Shown: positions 42,433 through 58,000, numbered from the stretch's first letter. The stretch is 64,000 bases of DNA from Eledone cirrhosa (GCA_964016885.1 OZ024745.1:38130001-38194000), one strand, 5' to 3'. Translations and numbers: made by a program. Notes: generated from the letters alone by a model not told the origin.

Positions 42433-45400
42433 AAGACTGTTAGACCATATACAACATTTTTACGTCACATGATGTTACAAACTTCTTTCCCTGTCATTGG
42501 CAGACGTAGTACGCATTCCCAGCAAACAACAACCGATCATTGACCATCATTCGTCTGAGATGCATTTATAGCATGAATTAACTAATTAGTTATTTGTCTT
42601 TCATAATTCAAGTGTCTGGAGAAAACTATTGTATTCGCAATTATAGTTAATAAGGAAACAAATAAAACAAAAAAAATATATTCTTCAAAATAAAAACAAA
42701 GCAATAAGATCTATGAAAAAAAAGAACAAAAAAACAACAACAACAAAAACAAAGGCATTACAAAAGACAATGTAGAATGAAAAATAGAACATTCTAAGTC
42801 ATACTTTTATTAAATTCCATTTCATTGAGAGAATATCCATAAAGGAAGAAGCTTGTATGTACTACTTTGACATGCTAGACAAAGCAACTACATCTCTCAA
42901 ATCACACTGCTTCAATTTAAATAATGTAGGCTGCATTGGATAATGTAATCCTGATGATGGAGATCAATCTAAATTGAACAAGGGAAACTGTTTCAGCAGT
43001 TCTTTCTGAACTTCGCCTTACATCCTTTCGAGATTGATAAATATAGTATTGTCTAAACCGAAGAATTACCGGGATTTGTCCTGGATCTATGCATTCTGAG
43101 TTCGAATTGCAATATAGCCTACTTGGATGACAAATTTAATTCGCCAACAGGGTTTAACCATACCAAGGTGTCCCCTGATACCTTTAGTAGAGTGATATTT
43201 ATTATAAATGTTTGGATCAGGTTTACGGTTTGACGATACTTTACATTCTCTCTCCCACCAAACCTGAGCTTCCTAAACAAGGTCATAAACTCTGCCTTTT
43301 CCTATCTGACTAACCAATGAAAATAAATTAAAAAAAACAATAACAATGAATCGCCACACCTAAAGTGGTATTAACGGAAGCGAAACTCGACCTCTTGTTT
43401 TGCTAGAGACAACAACTGAGCCCCCTTCATATAACACTGTACATAGGATAATGTAACCCTAACTACAATATGCCTAGAACATTTACATAGTTACTGCTTT
43501 AAAAATGAATATGTGTTAAAAAATCAATAAAACTATAACAAGTATCTGACAGATTTGAATATATGTGGTGCACGGTTCGTCGATTCCTCGATAAGCATTT
43601 ATTTATTCTACCAACTGAAAGCCTAACTCGTGAAATAAGGTGTAAGTGCAATTCATTCGATGGGCCTCAACATCTTTTTATCTCCCAATTTTATTCACAA
43701 GGTCGACACTTGCCTGGTGTAAAAGTACTTACCTATGATGGTGCCATGTCAGAGCGAACCTACAAACTCATGATTGCGAAGCAAATTTCTTAATCGCTCA
43801 GCCATTCCTGCCTTCATACTAATGATTTTAGAAATAATTGTTTCTACTATTGGCACAAGGCCAGCAATTCACTGTAAAGTACATTAATAAATGTAAATAA
43901 TCCATTGTAAAGTACATTACTGGTACTTTACTATGGATTACTGGATTTTACAAATAATGCTCGTGTGATATATAAATGGATATAATAAGAGACATACAAT
44001 TTCTATTTCAATGAACTCTGCCATCTGCTATTATTTAATTCGTCAATAATATATCACGTGAATATAGTGATTCTTTATGATGTCTTAAAATAGTGGTTCG
44101 ACTCTGAATGCTGTTTATCAGCTATCATTCTCAATCAGACATATATATATATTCCACTGATTATCTCCTACAGATATTTCTCATTTTGTGCATGAAACAA
44201 TGCTTTTTGCGACCACAATGTTTTTTTTTTTTTAATATTCTGTCTTTATTCCTTATTTCGAGAAATATTGGGAATACCATAATGCTATTTTGTTTTGTAA
44301 GGATGTTCTAAAAATATTTCATGCACACGATATCCTTCAAGGTGTTATAAAAAATATCGTGAATATTGAATGATAGACGACGATCAATCGTTATCGATGC
44401 ACAAATGATTCCATATTTCACAGTATACATTATTCTCTTTCACAATGTACATTATTCCTCGTTCTGTTAACATGTACTATGAAACAGAAATTGGTTATTG
44501 TATAAGAAAAAAGAATGAGAGGAGAAATATAACAGAACACCTTTAAAAAAAAAACAGAGAAAGACAAAAAATATGATTGGAGGCAATCACAGTATTATGA
44601 TATATGAGTTTATTATTTTGGTGCTTTTATACATTTGATACTGACACAAAAGCGAAGAGTGAACGATGATTGTATTAACCTATCTACCAATCAACCCTGC
44701 ACCCAAACTCTCTAACTTTCTTTGATATGCATACAATACAATAATAAACCCTCTCAGAGTCACTTGATAAATCCCACTCACTAAATGGCACATACATACA
44801 CTCAAGTGTACACATGTCTAATCACACACACTCACCATTTATTCACATTTAACGAGTTTATCTTGAAGTAATTTATTTATTGTTTCAATTGCGCGTGGGT
44901 AATAACGTTCAGAGAGTTTGGACATTATGATTCAAATCTTTACTTGACAGAGTATTATCACGCAAATGACATAAAAGTGAGAAGTAAACTAGGCTCACAT
45001 TGCTATCATTAATTAAATTGAAAAGACATGACATTTGAAAAGACATGACATTTTTGATAATATGATACCCCATCTTCCTTAGATTTATATTATACATTGC
45101 CTTGGTATATCTCAAGTAACATGTTTACATTTACTGTGTTGCAATGAGGAAAATAATATAACAAAATAACGAGTTATCAAAATAATATCAAAACAGTGTG
45201 ACGCCACCGAAGCTTTTATTGCTGGTTTCGTGTTTGACGCTAAAAAACGATGAGTTGAAAGAGATGTGTGATAAATTTATCAGCACACATTTTAGCGGAA
45301 TTACACACCACCGCATACAAATTCGTTAACACCCACATCCCCCAAATACTACATCTTAACAACGGCATTTTTATTCAATTTCCCCCTTTATCTCTTTCAA

Positions 45401-45529
45401 CAAATCGATAGAAGTAGCAGTATTCTACGTTAGCTTAAATTAATATATAACATTATAATTTGTTTCTACAAGTTATTGAGAGATTTATTAGAGTTGAGTT
45501 TATTTGTTCTCAACGAACAGCCATTATGC

Positions 45530-46460
45530 TACATACAATATGTTTGGGTTTTTGTATATATACAGAGAAAAGTAAAGCAATACGAGCATTATAAACAGAG
45601 CAGGAAATGACGATTCATAACACCAGATGGAGAAACGCAATATTATGATATACAGGCTGGGGTATTCAAAAAGATACTCTAGCTCCTTTTACTTAATAAT
45701 TGTTCTGAATGACATCCTACGTATTTTTTGTGGATGGTAATAAGAGGAAAGGGCCAGTGCTTACACACAGAGGAAGCAGAATATAAACCTGCTAAAATGT
45801 CACTGATTTAGAAATTGTTGATGATTTTGCTGCTGTTCAAGTTCGACTCTACTACAATAACTCAAATGAGAGTTTATCTCAACAGAAGTTGATGTTAGCA
45901 TAGTCATAGAAGAAATGAAACACTAAAAGCACGTAAAAGACTGTGAGTACCCTGGATCTTTCTTAATGGACTCAGACAAGGACTTCCAAATAGGTAGATC
46001 CCTGGCCTAGAATATAATTTATAAGTTGGATAATATTTGGAAATCCAGTATCCCAAATAAACTTAAAATTAGCCTGTTTAGAACTGCGGTACAGCCTGAA
46101 ATTCTCTAAGGTTCAGAGACTTGGACTTCGTTCTCCCGTCTACAGAGCCGTTTAGATGGATTTTACATAAACGTTCTGAGAAATGGTCAAAATATTCCTT
46201 GGAAAACCCTTACCATGTTTAATCCAATACACTGACAAATCCCAAAAGTAAATGCCCGACTGACTGAGAGTCGTACAGGATTTACTGGTCACTGTTTCCG
46301 CGCAATAGATGAGATGTTTTCAGAGTCCTTATTGAGGGAGATCTCCTCTATCAGAAAGCTCAGATACAAGGATACCAGGGCAAACGACAATGGAATTGAC
46401 AAGGATCTCCTAAACATTTTGAAGGGAAACAGGTTGTGCTTGCTTGCCTAGGGGCGATAG
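45530..46460 (+). mobile_element. Old degraded RTE-clade LINE fragment
   Basis: ITPDGETQYYDIQAGV, DTLAP, YPGS, LDNIWKS, GSETW, FTGHCFR. Confidence 0.7.
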
Positions 46461-47032
46461 ATAAGAAATAAGATGGTATGTATGTGCTCAAACGTGTAAT
46501 CTGTCTGTGAGTGTGTGTTCATCTCTAGGTTGCGTGAACAACCCACAGAAAGAAGACACTCAGAGTAGTCATATAGCTAATTATAATTTGTCATGATAAT
46601 TATCATTCTTGTAAAATCTATCAATATTACATTTAGAAAACGTTTTCCTCCCTAAGTCTTTGTTCAATTCACAAATACTACACCGTCAAAAGTATTGGTG
46701 TCACCTCTCTCATTTAGGAACAACTTGACTCGTTCCTTTCATTTTGCACTTTTTGTTCCGTACCCTTGATTTTATCTTCTCTATCTTTATTATTTCTGTC
46801 ATGTTCCGCGAGACACCAGTTTCCGTTGACCACTTTCACAAACCTCTCACCGTGTTGTACCTAAATTACTTTCCTTCCTACCTGATCTTCACAACCTACG
46901 ATCCCACCTCCACGCTACCTTTGTAGTTGAAACCATATGTTAGCGCTTCCGACACAAAACATTACCTAGTCTCGGGGACCATTCTAGATTCAAACAAAAC
47001 CCATAGTTATTTGTGCCCAAGGTATGGGGGCT

Positions 47033-47064
<32 letters not shown>

Positions 47065-47076
<12 letters not shown>

Positions 47077-49632
47077 TAGACAATTATCAAAGTTGTGTTC
47101 AAATCATTTAATAGCTGACAATCGTTTCTTCCAAACTTTCGTTTGGAGTCGAGTCATCGGAGAATTATCAATGTTTGTACATGTAATTAACCTCCTATTC
47201 TACTGAACAATAATATAGATACATATATATTGATGTTGTGAACAACAGTTTCGTATTTACTGGGCGGTATGGATGTGACATATATTTTACGAGAATTGTA
47301 CCGCAACTAAAATTCAAATTAAAAGCACAGAGTGGAATACATGCAACAGATAATATAAGAGAATAGTCTAATATTTAAAGAGGCATTGAGAAAGGAGCTT
47401 TGAGAAAGAAAGAGTACATTAGCAATACATATGCAAGCGTGTAGAAAGTGCACATGCGTTAGTCATATATATGAGAAGGAAATAAGCAAAGTTATTATGC
47501 ATATATAGATAAATAAATACTATATTTTAAGCAAATATGTTAATGTATTACAATCTATGGTGGATGTAGTATGTTGATAGTGTTTGAATTTGTGTGTGTT
47601 GAGAAAACAAAGTTATTGCAGTCTCTTCCATTACATATGTTGAATTATATTTTAGTTAATGTTTATATTGAATGTTTTAAGTTAGTTAAAGCAATGGATT
47701 GTAAATTAGTCTTATTGTATTCTTATTCATGGACTATAGTTGTTCAACAGGTAGAATTTTCTAACGATTAATTTTCGGAAGTGAGTAAGGGGAGCTAATG
47801 CGTAAGGGGGGTTAACTAGCTAATTAAATTCAATTATTTAAATTATTTGCTCTAATACACATTATAATGTGATACAAGTGAATCTCTATTACATAATGCT
47901 ATATATTTATACTTGATTTTAAATACAGTGTATCTTACTATAATACATTAATGGTCTCATTAGATTGTTATCTATTCATTAATGGACAAGATATATGTTA
48001 TGGAAAATTGCATAGCTGTTTATATGTCCAAATAGATATATAATCCCTTATATACAATGCTATTAATTATAAATGTATATATACTTTATTATTATTATAT
48101 TGTGTTAAAAGTAGAACACTAATATATTTGTTATTAATTTAAATATTTAATTATATAATTATAAATGTATATACATTTTATTATTACATATTACATTAAA
48201 CGTCTCTACATATTAAATATCCATTAGTGTTTATAATATAATTAAGCTACAGTAGTTATATAAAAAGGTGGTAACTTTATGTTTAATTATAACCATTATT
48301 GCAGAGTATAAGGTTAGATATAAATAGGAGTTGTGTAAAGGAAAGAGCTGATCAAAGAGTGTGTAGCTGTGGGGCAGATAAGTTAGATGTGAAATGTTAA
48401 TAGTGGTGAAGAATTCAAATCTGACATTGTTATATACTAACAGCTAGGTTTAAAACGAGTGATGGTATCGGTGTTGGCACGACGAAAATGTCTCTGACTT
48501 TCTATTAAGTATAGTATGGGTCTCTAGAAGACAGAGATTACACAATTTATTCGGTGGTTTATACGATGAGGCCCTACCTACTACTTCCCATTGCAGTGCA
48601 AGTGGTCTATTCCTAGTTTTCAGAGAGTGTACGTAGCTAGATAAAAAAGTGGAGTTTGCTAGATTGTGTTTTTTGAAAGAGTGGAGGTACGAGTTGTATC
48701 TCGTCTTGAAGCTGTTCGAAGTAGAGCCGATATATGTTATAGAAGAGTTGTTTGCGTTGACGGTGCATGAGTAGACAATGTCTTTGGTTAAGCAATTATT
48801 ACCTAAGGGGCAAGTTCTATTAGTTCTACAGTTACATTTATTCTGGATGTTTGCTTGACGGATACTATGTTGTGAAGAATTCTGGTTGCTAGGGATAGCA
48901 CTAGGGTAATGATGCCTGTCATTCGTATTGTTATTGATTTCATTAGTGCTATTATAATTATTACTATTATTACTACTATGGATTACTGGTACTAAGTTTA
49001 CCTCCTGTTGTGTTTTAATTAGTTGGAAATAATTATTTATCTTCCTTTTATTGCTACTAGCTATATGGTATGCTTTGTTAGGTGTGGTGGAGTACGAGAG
49101 TTTAATGGTATTTTTATTGATAAGATTATGGTACTTGTGGCCGGATGGGAAGTTTTTTTCTAAGATTGAAAAGAAAGCCTTAATCAAGTTGGTAGAGACG
49201 TTTAGATTGAAAGGGGGATTGAAGAATGTATTAGTTCTTCTATTTTTGTTTTTAGTAATGTTTTTTGAGGTCATTTTACTCCTGTTTATATTATTATTAT
49301 CGTGGTGTTTAGTTTGGTGCGAGTTAAGTTTGGTATTACCCTTCGTCTTAGAGTTATAGTGGCTAGTGCTTTTATTATTTTTCCTCATGGCCATATTATG
49401 AGAAATAATGTTGTAACTATGTGATTTTATAGGTAGGAATTCGATCCCATTCATATGCCCTCATTTAGCTAAGACCTCATTATAGTATTGTGAATTATTG
49501 TTAAATATGATTTTATTATATGATAGATTAGTGACTATATTAGATATTCCTTTAGTAATAGAGTTTAATATGGATTTAGGGTGGTTAGAGTTGGTATTCA
49601 CATAAATTTGTTTTTCGTTAGGTTTATGAAAT
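47065..49632 (-). mobile_element. Penelope-like element 3' half (thumb, linker, GIY-YIG, long AT-rich UTR)
   Basis: FHKPNE..YVNTNSNHP; ORF 48450-49454 FFNPPF, IKLSYS, CNCR..CPLGNNC, YIGST..FKTRY, CNLCLLE, CQH; HHR-like remnant at about 47115-47160. Confidence 0.88.
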
Positions 49633-50482
49633 AGAAACAATTACTGACCTTTCCTGTTTATAGTATATACATAACTATAAATAGTATTATTATTATATGT
49701 ATATATATATATACACATGCCTGTGTGTATACACAGAGAAAGAGGCGTGAACATAAAAGTTACTGTGAGGAAGATAAGCATCAGCTGGAGGGCTTAACGA
49801 GAAATATTACATTATTACCAAAAAATTAGGGTAGGAGACTGAGAAAATTAGTGGGAGAGAGATTGGAAGAAGACAGAGAGGAAAAAGAGGGAGATACTGA
49901 AAGAGAAATTAAGAGAAATAGTTTCTTGAAAGGAGGAAGAGAGAATTGTGAAATTACCAAAAGTACTACAGACGTGTTACTGATTATCAAGATTATTACT
50001 GGTTATTCTATTGGCAAGGCAATACACATTGTATGACGAACAATCGTAAGGGAAACAGTCAATTAAAAACTGTATTTATGCACACACACACGCTGTTGCT
50101 TTTAGCTGTTGGAACTATTATGGAAAAACATCGAATTAGAAGAACAGTTTGTCAAATGGGTTCATTCTTCATTCCTTCCTGCAGCAAATATATTACTAAA
50201 ATGCCGAGGGCATTTGTTTGCCGCAAGCGAGTTTAATTGTCTTAGAGACGTCAGAGCGTTAACTTAAATGTCTTGATATTTGTTCCCTGTCTCTTACTTC
50301 TAAGTTCAAATCACGCTGGCGTCAACGTATTCGTCATAACCGATCGAGTGCGAGATGTATGTATGTGTGTATATATATACATATTTATTCAAATAACAGA
50401 TAAAAGTTTATGCAAGGAATCGCTGCTTTCACCCTTAACGGCATATTCTTTGGAGGATTTTAGGCTTCGCATTTATTATTAT

Positions 50483-50549
<67 letters not shown>

Positions 50550-50552
<3 letters not shown>

Positions 50553-50902
50553 AAAAGATGAAATCGAAAATGCAACTGGAGTCTTATTTAGAAAATATAT
50601 ATATATATTTATTTGGTTCCTTTACCGCTTTCGCAGTTCTTCTGCTTTTCAAAAGTAGAGTTGAGATGGAGCGTCTGAGGCTTTTCTCACATCTCAGATG
50701 TGAGAAAAACCACAGATCTCAACTCTACTTTTGAAAAGCAGAAAAACTGCGAAACCGGTAAAGGAACCAAATAAATATATATATATATTTTTTAAATAAG
50801 ACTCCAGTTGCATTTTTGATTGCATCTTTTTTCCTTATACTTTTAATCGTGTAGAACACCACGGTTATTTTTAATTTTGTAAAAAAACCCTCACTTTCTA
50901 AT
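50550..50902. mobile_element. Palindromic element with variant HHR on both arms
   Basis: Centre near 50694 (TTCTCACATCT-C-AGATGTGAGAA); HHRs at 50619-50656 (-) and 50727-50764 (+); flanked by (TA)n. Confidence 0.85.
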
Positions 50903-51102
50903 ATATATATATAGATATATATACATATATATATGTATAAAAACAATAAAGAAAGTGTGGTAAGAAACGAGGTGGACCAGAGTCGACATTGAGGGTAGTA
51001 GATTGGGTAATAGGAACAGTCAGAACCCCGAAGGTAGAGCTCTGAGTTCGGATGTAGCTCTCGAAACGGACGGACCTCAGCTGTCGGGATCGTAACTCTT
51101 CT

Positions 51103-51142
<40 letters not shown>

Positions 51143-51564
51143 TATATATATATATGTAGCGAGATCTGTGTACGCCTTGAACCTTTGGTGACACCTACAT
51201 CTCAAATACTAGGTCACCATTCTTTTGGTGTGAACAGGTTGATGCATTGGCTATCCTTTAATGGTGGGAGGCAGAAAGCGACAGGTATATAGAGCCTATA
51301 TTTTCCCACCTTGAACAGAAAGATCTGAGCATTACGCTTGCAACTAGCTATGTAAAGATTCACCGCTACCTTCAGGCGCTTGAGGTCTACAGAAACACAG
51401 AGACATCGGAGCACTACGAATTTACAACAAGCTATGTAAAGATTCAGCACTATGAACAGACCACAGTGGTCTACAGAAATAAAGAGAGAATAGACTAACG
51501 ACGAGAACTACTACAGATCATTCAGAGGTATACACACCATTACTCTCTCTCTCTCATTCACTAT

Positions 51565-51621
<57 letters not shown>

Positions 51622-51999
51622 AGGTTATGCAAGAAATGCTTAGGATTATCCTGAATGCAGTAATGGTTAATTACTACACTAGATAGAGTCGACGTACGGT
51701 GAGGGGTTACTCAACGAATTATGGAAGAATAGTTGAATAAACTCAGTTTCTGATCCATCTCGTAGCTTTCGTCCGCCTCCTCTCTATCTCTCTTTCTTTT
51801 TCTCTTTTCCTCCTATCGTTGTCTCTCTCTGTCTCGCACTCTCTCTCTCGCCCTCGGTCTACCTCCCTCCCTCTCCACATCTATGAACCTGCTCTCTGTG
51901 GCAATAAATAATTCCAAACTTGACTATATCAACACAAAGCCTAAGGTTGTCACTTTGAGAATAAACAATATAATAAAACCCTTAGCACAACATATTCAT

Positions 52000-52088
52000 T
52001 AAGCTATCTGTATTCTTCAAACCACTCTCCCCATTTCTCCAACCCCTACATCTCTCTCTCTCTCTCTCTCTCTCTCCCTCTCTCTCTG

Positions 52089-52136
<48 letters not shown>

Positions 52137-52200
52137 CCTCTTTCTCTCTCTCTCTCTCTCGCTCACTCTCTCTCTCTCTCTCTCCTTCTTTCTCTCTTCC
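52000..52200. repeat. (CT)n microsatellite
   Basis: Degenerate CT run. Confidence 0.9.
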
Positions 52201-52554
52201 TGTTCTACTCTATCTTCCCGAATAACTTCCTTTAAGAAATATAAGGGTATTTACATTTTAACCATTCTGCTCTGAGGAATCGGTAGAAGCAGCATTTGAA
52301 AATTGAGTTTCTGCAAATAATTCCAAATAATTACCAATTTGCACATAGCATGACTAGGCTCTATAACTACTGTTGAAACATGTGTAAGAACTGGGAATAA
52401 ATTACCTTTTCTATGATGTCTACATGTTATTATTCAATCTTTATATATATGTATATATATAAGAGAGTAAAGATCAAAACCAAAATCAAAATAAAGTAAA
52501 AAAGGGTGAGGACGTGTTGACAACGATAGGTGTGGGTGTGCGGGGGAGAGGGAT

Positions 52555-52583
52555 AAATAAAAACAACTTAAATATAAACAAAT

Positions 52584-52626
<43 letters not shown>

Positions 52627-52680
52627 CATACACATGTACATGCATATATACCTATACACACATGTAAACACACACGCGTC

Positions 52681-52770
<90 letters not shown>

Positions 52771-52977
52771 TACGTACACATACGCATGCGCACGCACGCA
52801 CGCAAAAAGAAATAAACACACGCATACAAATACACATATACTTAAATCTATACACATATACAACCACATATATACTCGTATACACAAAAACATATATACA
52901 TGCACAAGCATACATATATACACATACATATAAGCAAATACATACATACATATATATATACATATATACAAACACAG

Positions 52978-53014
<37 letters not shown>

Positions 53015-55264
53015 GAGACACACACACACACACACACATACATATGAATAAAAACAGGTATATATGTAAGTACACCTATGCCTGTCTGCATATGCTCCCA
53101 CATATGTGACTACGCTTAAAAACCTAGAGGGTAAGGAAGGGCAAAGGGGAGTAAAACTGAAATAAAATAATAAAAACAATTATTAAGAACAAGTAAGGAG
53201 GGAAGGGGTGTAAAAGTTGTAGTAGAGAGTAAGTGTTTGTGATGAGAACTGGATAAGGGTATATAGTTAAAAAGTGATCTGGGTAAAGGATAAATGTGGT
53301 GGGTATGTAGGTATTAAGGTATTGTAGATAGTAGAGAAGGGGGAATATATGGTTTAATACATCCTCTGTTATTTCTTGGTTCAATTATATACAAGTAAAA
53401 AATAAGTGTAGATTTACCGAATTTGATATTGTTGATTTTTACCACTCTCTCACTGAATCCTTATTAACAAAAGCCTTAGATTTTGCTAGACTTTTCTTTA
53501 ATATTTCTAAATTAGAAGAAGACGTTATCTTTCACCCTAGGAAAACACTACTCTTTGCTAATGAAGGTGCATGGGTTAAAAAATCAAGCCCTGAAATCTC
53601 TCTTGATGTTGCGATGCACTCATTTGATAGTGCCGATGTGTGCGACTTAGTAGGATTATTCCTCCTCCACACCCTTAAAGAGAAATTTCCTTGCCATAAT
53701 ATCGGTTTATACCGAGACGATGGTTTGGCAGTTTCTCATACCACCAACTGCCATGACCTTGATAAATTCCGTAAAGTCTTAATCAATACCTTTGCTAACC
53801 TAAACCTTAACATTACTATAGATACGAATCTTACTAATACTAACTTTCTTGATATCAACCTTGACCTAATTAACGCCTCTTTGAAACCTTATCATAAACT
53901 TAATGTCTAATTAAGATATATACACAATGAGTCATGACATCCCCCTATAGTCTTAAAAAATCTTATTCCTAATATTAGCCGTAGGATTTTTACCTTATCT
54001 CCGTCTATAGACATTTTTAACAAAGCCGCCCCTTATTATAATAAAGCCTTCAATAACAGCGGCTTCACCGAACAAATCAAATATTTACCTAGTCTTCTTT
54101 CTAACACTAAACACAATAACAGGAAAAGAAAAAATATTTGGTTTACCCCCCCCCCCCTTCTCTCTAACCTTTAAAACTAACGTAGGAAGAAAATTCCTCG
54201 CCCTCATTGACAAATAGTTTCCCCCTAATCATAGATATAATAAAATATTCAATGGAAATGTAGTTAAAATCAGTTACTCGTGCTGCCCATCAATGAAAAC
54301 TAAAATTACCAACTCTAATGGTACTAGAGTAAATCCAGGATGCAGTTGCAGGAAGCCGAAAGAATGCCCATTACATGGTAAATGTAATACCAAATATTTG
54401 TGTATGAGGCCAAATTGACACCAATGATTAAACCAGCCAGCCAGTAGTGAACGATATGTAGGCATGACTCAGGGCAGATTTAAAACCAGGTATTATGTAC
54501 ATGTCGCTTCTTTCAAACACCCAGAAAAAAGAACAGCAACGGCGCTGGCAAATGAAGTGTGGGAGTTCAAAGACAAAAACATTCCGTACACTATTGATTG
54601 GTCTATTTTAGACCATTCAAGAGAATACCAAAGGGACACGAAGAAATGTTCTTTGTGTACTACGGAAACATTTTGAATTATCCAAAACTTGGAAAACCCC
54701 TACACTTGTCTCAACTTTAAGATCGAGATATTTAGATGTTGTCCGCACCTGAAATCGCATCTACTTTTTAACTAGATTAACTACCAACGATTACTCAACC
54801 TCCTTGAGCTTCTTTCTTTACTTATCATGCCTTCCATTCACTACCAATTTCATTACTTTATGAACACATACTTTGTACCAATATATACTTTTTCTCCCTC
54901 AATTCTCTCTATATATCATTTGAATTATATTCCCCCTCGCCTACTATCTACCATACCTTAATACATACACACGCACCACATTTATCCATTACCCAGATCA
55001 CTTTTTAACTATATACCCTGATCCAGATGTCATCACAAACACTTACTCTCTACTTCAACTTTTACACCCCTTCCCCCAAACCTGTTCTTAATAATTGTTT
55101 TTATTATTTTATTTCAGTTTTACTCCCCTTTGCCCTTACTTACCCACTAGGTTTTAAGCGTACTCACATATGTGGGCGCATATGCATACAGGCTAATGTG
55201 TACTTACATATATACCTGTTTTTATTTATATGTATGTGTGTGTGTGTGCGAGTGTGTGTGTGTA

Positions 55265-55313
<49 letters not shown>

Positions 55314-55960
55314 TTGTTTATATGTATTTGTATATATGTATGCCTGTGCTTGTATTTGTTTATATGTATTTGTATATATGTATGCTTGTGCTTGTATATA
55401 TGTTTTTGTGTATATGAGTATATATGTGCTTATATGTGTGTATAGATTTATGTAAATGTTTATTTGTATGCGTGTGTTGATTTCTTTTTGCGTGCGTGTG
55501 TGCGCACGCGTATGTGTACGTATGTACGTGGGCTATGTACCTTTGAGATTCATTTTTCTAATTTATTGTATTGTTTTTTTGTATGTGAATGCATGTGGAT
55601 GTTTATGTGTATATATATATATATATGTGTGTATGCGTGTGTATAAGTATGTATATATATATGTATATCTGTGTGTATATATATATATGCACGTGTATGT
55701 GTATGTGTACGTATATTTATTTTTTATATATATATATATATATATACACATATATACGTGTGTGTGTTTACATGTGTGTATAGGTATATATGCATGTATA
55801 TATGTATATGTGTATGTATGCGTGTATATATATATATATATGTATATGCATATCTTGTGTATTTGTTTGTATAAAAGTTGTTTTGATTTATTCCACACCC
55901 CCTGCTTTCACCCTTAACGGGATCTTCTGAAGATCCCTTTAAGGGTGAAAGCAGCGATTT
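52555..55960 (+). mobile_element. Penelope-like element (YRDD-type RT + GIY-YIG), degraded, with ~0.8-kb inverted copy of its 3' UTR at the 5' end
   Basis: FDIVDFY, FDSADVCDLVG, GLYRDDGL, FLDINLDL, IWFTPP, YVGMTQGRFKTRY, CSLC (coding remnant about 53385-54775); 52555-53360 mirrors about 54925-55875. Confidence 0.9.
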
Positions 55961-56030
55961 TTTGCTTAAACTTTAATCTGTTATTATATCGAGCCCTCTT
56001 TGGATTTTAGTCTTAAACTTTATCATTATT

Positions 56031-56140
<110 letters not shown>

Positions 56141-56798
56141 TAGATAGATAGATATATATAGACACATATGCTAAGTAAATTATATAGGTTGATGATACAA
56201 CACTAAAATTATTCAGACATTTAAAGCTCTGTGATTATTCTAATATCCAGATTGGCGAATGGCAGTGCTGAAATAAATCCTGTTATTATACATTCGGACA
56301 TCGTAGTTCACCAAGTTCTAACAATTAATACATTAATTATTTGAATTACGTATTTCATTCTTCTCCTAAGGATGTTTTGTTCAATACCTTTGCAGAGATA
56401 TCATCAGAATGAATTCGCAAAAAAGTATTTATTTACCAACCATGTGTGTACACCATCATTATCGTTTTCTGACGCACCAATGATGATTACGTACACACAC
56501 CGACCGAAAATAAAATACTTTTCTGTGATATACATAATTGATTCTGATGATTTCTCTACCATGGTATTGAAAATAATATCCTTTGGAGAAGAATGAAACA
56601 TATGTAAATCGAATAAAATATATATTAATTGTTAAATCCTGGTGATATATTATTTGCGTTACGACAGTAGAGGTCCGATGAGCTTTTGATTCCATAGTCG
56701 TGCTAGATCGATACAGATCGAACCTTCAGCTGATCACTAGCAAAACGCTCGTCACTACTCAATAAACGTAAAACCAAAAAATCGTCCTTTATCATTAT

Positions 56799-56908
<110 letters not shown>

Positions 56909-57131
56909 AAGTAAAATAAAAAGTCAAATGTTTAAAATTTAGCTTCGTTTGTTACTGCTATATATATTTCGGTGACAGCCATCTTTGGCCGTGACCTCTT
57001 TAGGCAGTCCGAATTAGTGTGGTATAGACAAGTACATATGTTGTTGAGGTGTATACTTTTATCAATACTCTGATATGCCCAGTTCCTGGTTGGGTTGTTA
57101 TTTCGCTGAGGAACTGGAATCATATGCTCAA

Positions 57132-57246
<115 letters not shown>

Positions 57247-58000
57247 CGAGGGAAAAGAGGTAAGGAACCAGGTGGACCATAACGCACCAAAGTACAGAAT
57301 TAGCCGTCGAAACGGCTTGAGCTCAGCCGTGGGGGTCTTACGTACTCCTATAGAGAGAGAGAGAGAGAATGAGTGCGACAGAAAGACCGATAATTTCTTT
57401 TAAAGACAGTACCATGCGGTAGAAAAATACGCAGGGCAAATGATGACAAATGAAATAAATCAAAAGTAATGTATGACCCAATGTATTTTAGCATAACATT
57501 TCAGGGCTATCACCCTCTTTTCGGATGCGAAGCTGAAGCAAACCAAGAAAAAACAAACCAGCAATCAGCATTTTCTTCCCAAACTGGTCTATACTTCGGG
57601 AATTTCTGACTTACTATTTAAATATGAAATATTTATTTAGTAATTAGAGTCGCAACGCCTTTGGCACCATAGGGCAACGACATGATGTGTATACTTTATA
57701 TGCAATCTCCCTTATGCCAAAGAATTCTCCTCCAGAAGATAGAATTTAAATTCTTCCAATATTTGTTTGTTCCAATGATTTGAAATAATTTATATTGCTT
57801 CTTGAATTCCAGAAACCATGGTCGGGTAACTCTAGGAATAAGAGAGATTTTTTTTGTCAGTCTACTTCTATCCCCTGCCGCCAAAACTAGATTTCGACTT
57901 AAGTTTAATATGTTTTAATACTTTTGGGAGTTGAACATTTACCATCTATTTTTTCCTATTGTTGAAATGTCAAAGCGTGAGAGACAGATAACTTTTTAAT

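Noticed and set aside
51335-51490. Two ~87-bp direct repeats (AGCTATGTAAAGATTCA..GGTCTACAGAAA) resembling a repeat-spacer array
   Set aside because: Only two degenerate units in eukaryotic DNA with no cas genes; a simple tandem duplication, not CRISPR
57660-57980. Possible Penelope linker remnant on the minus strand (ISNHWNK-like)
   Set aside because: Too short and degenerate to support a call
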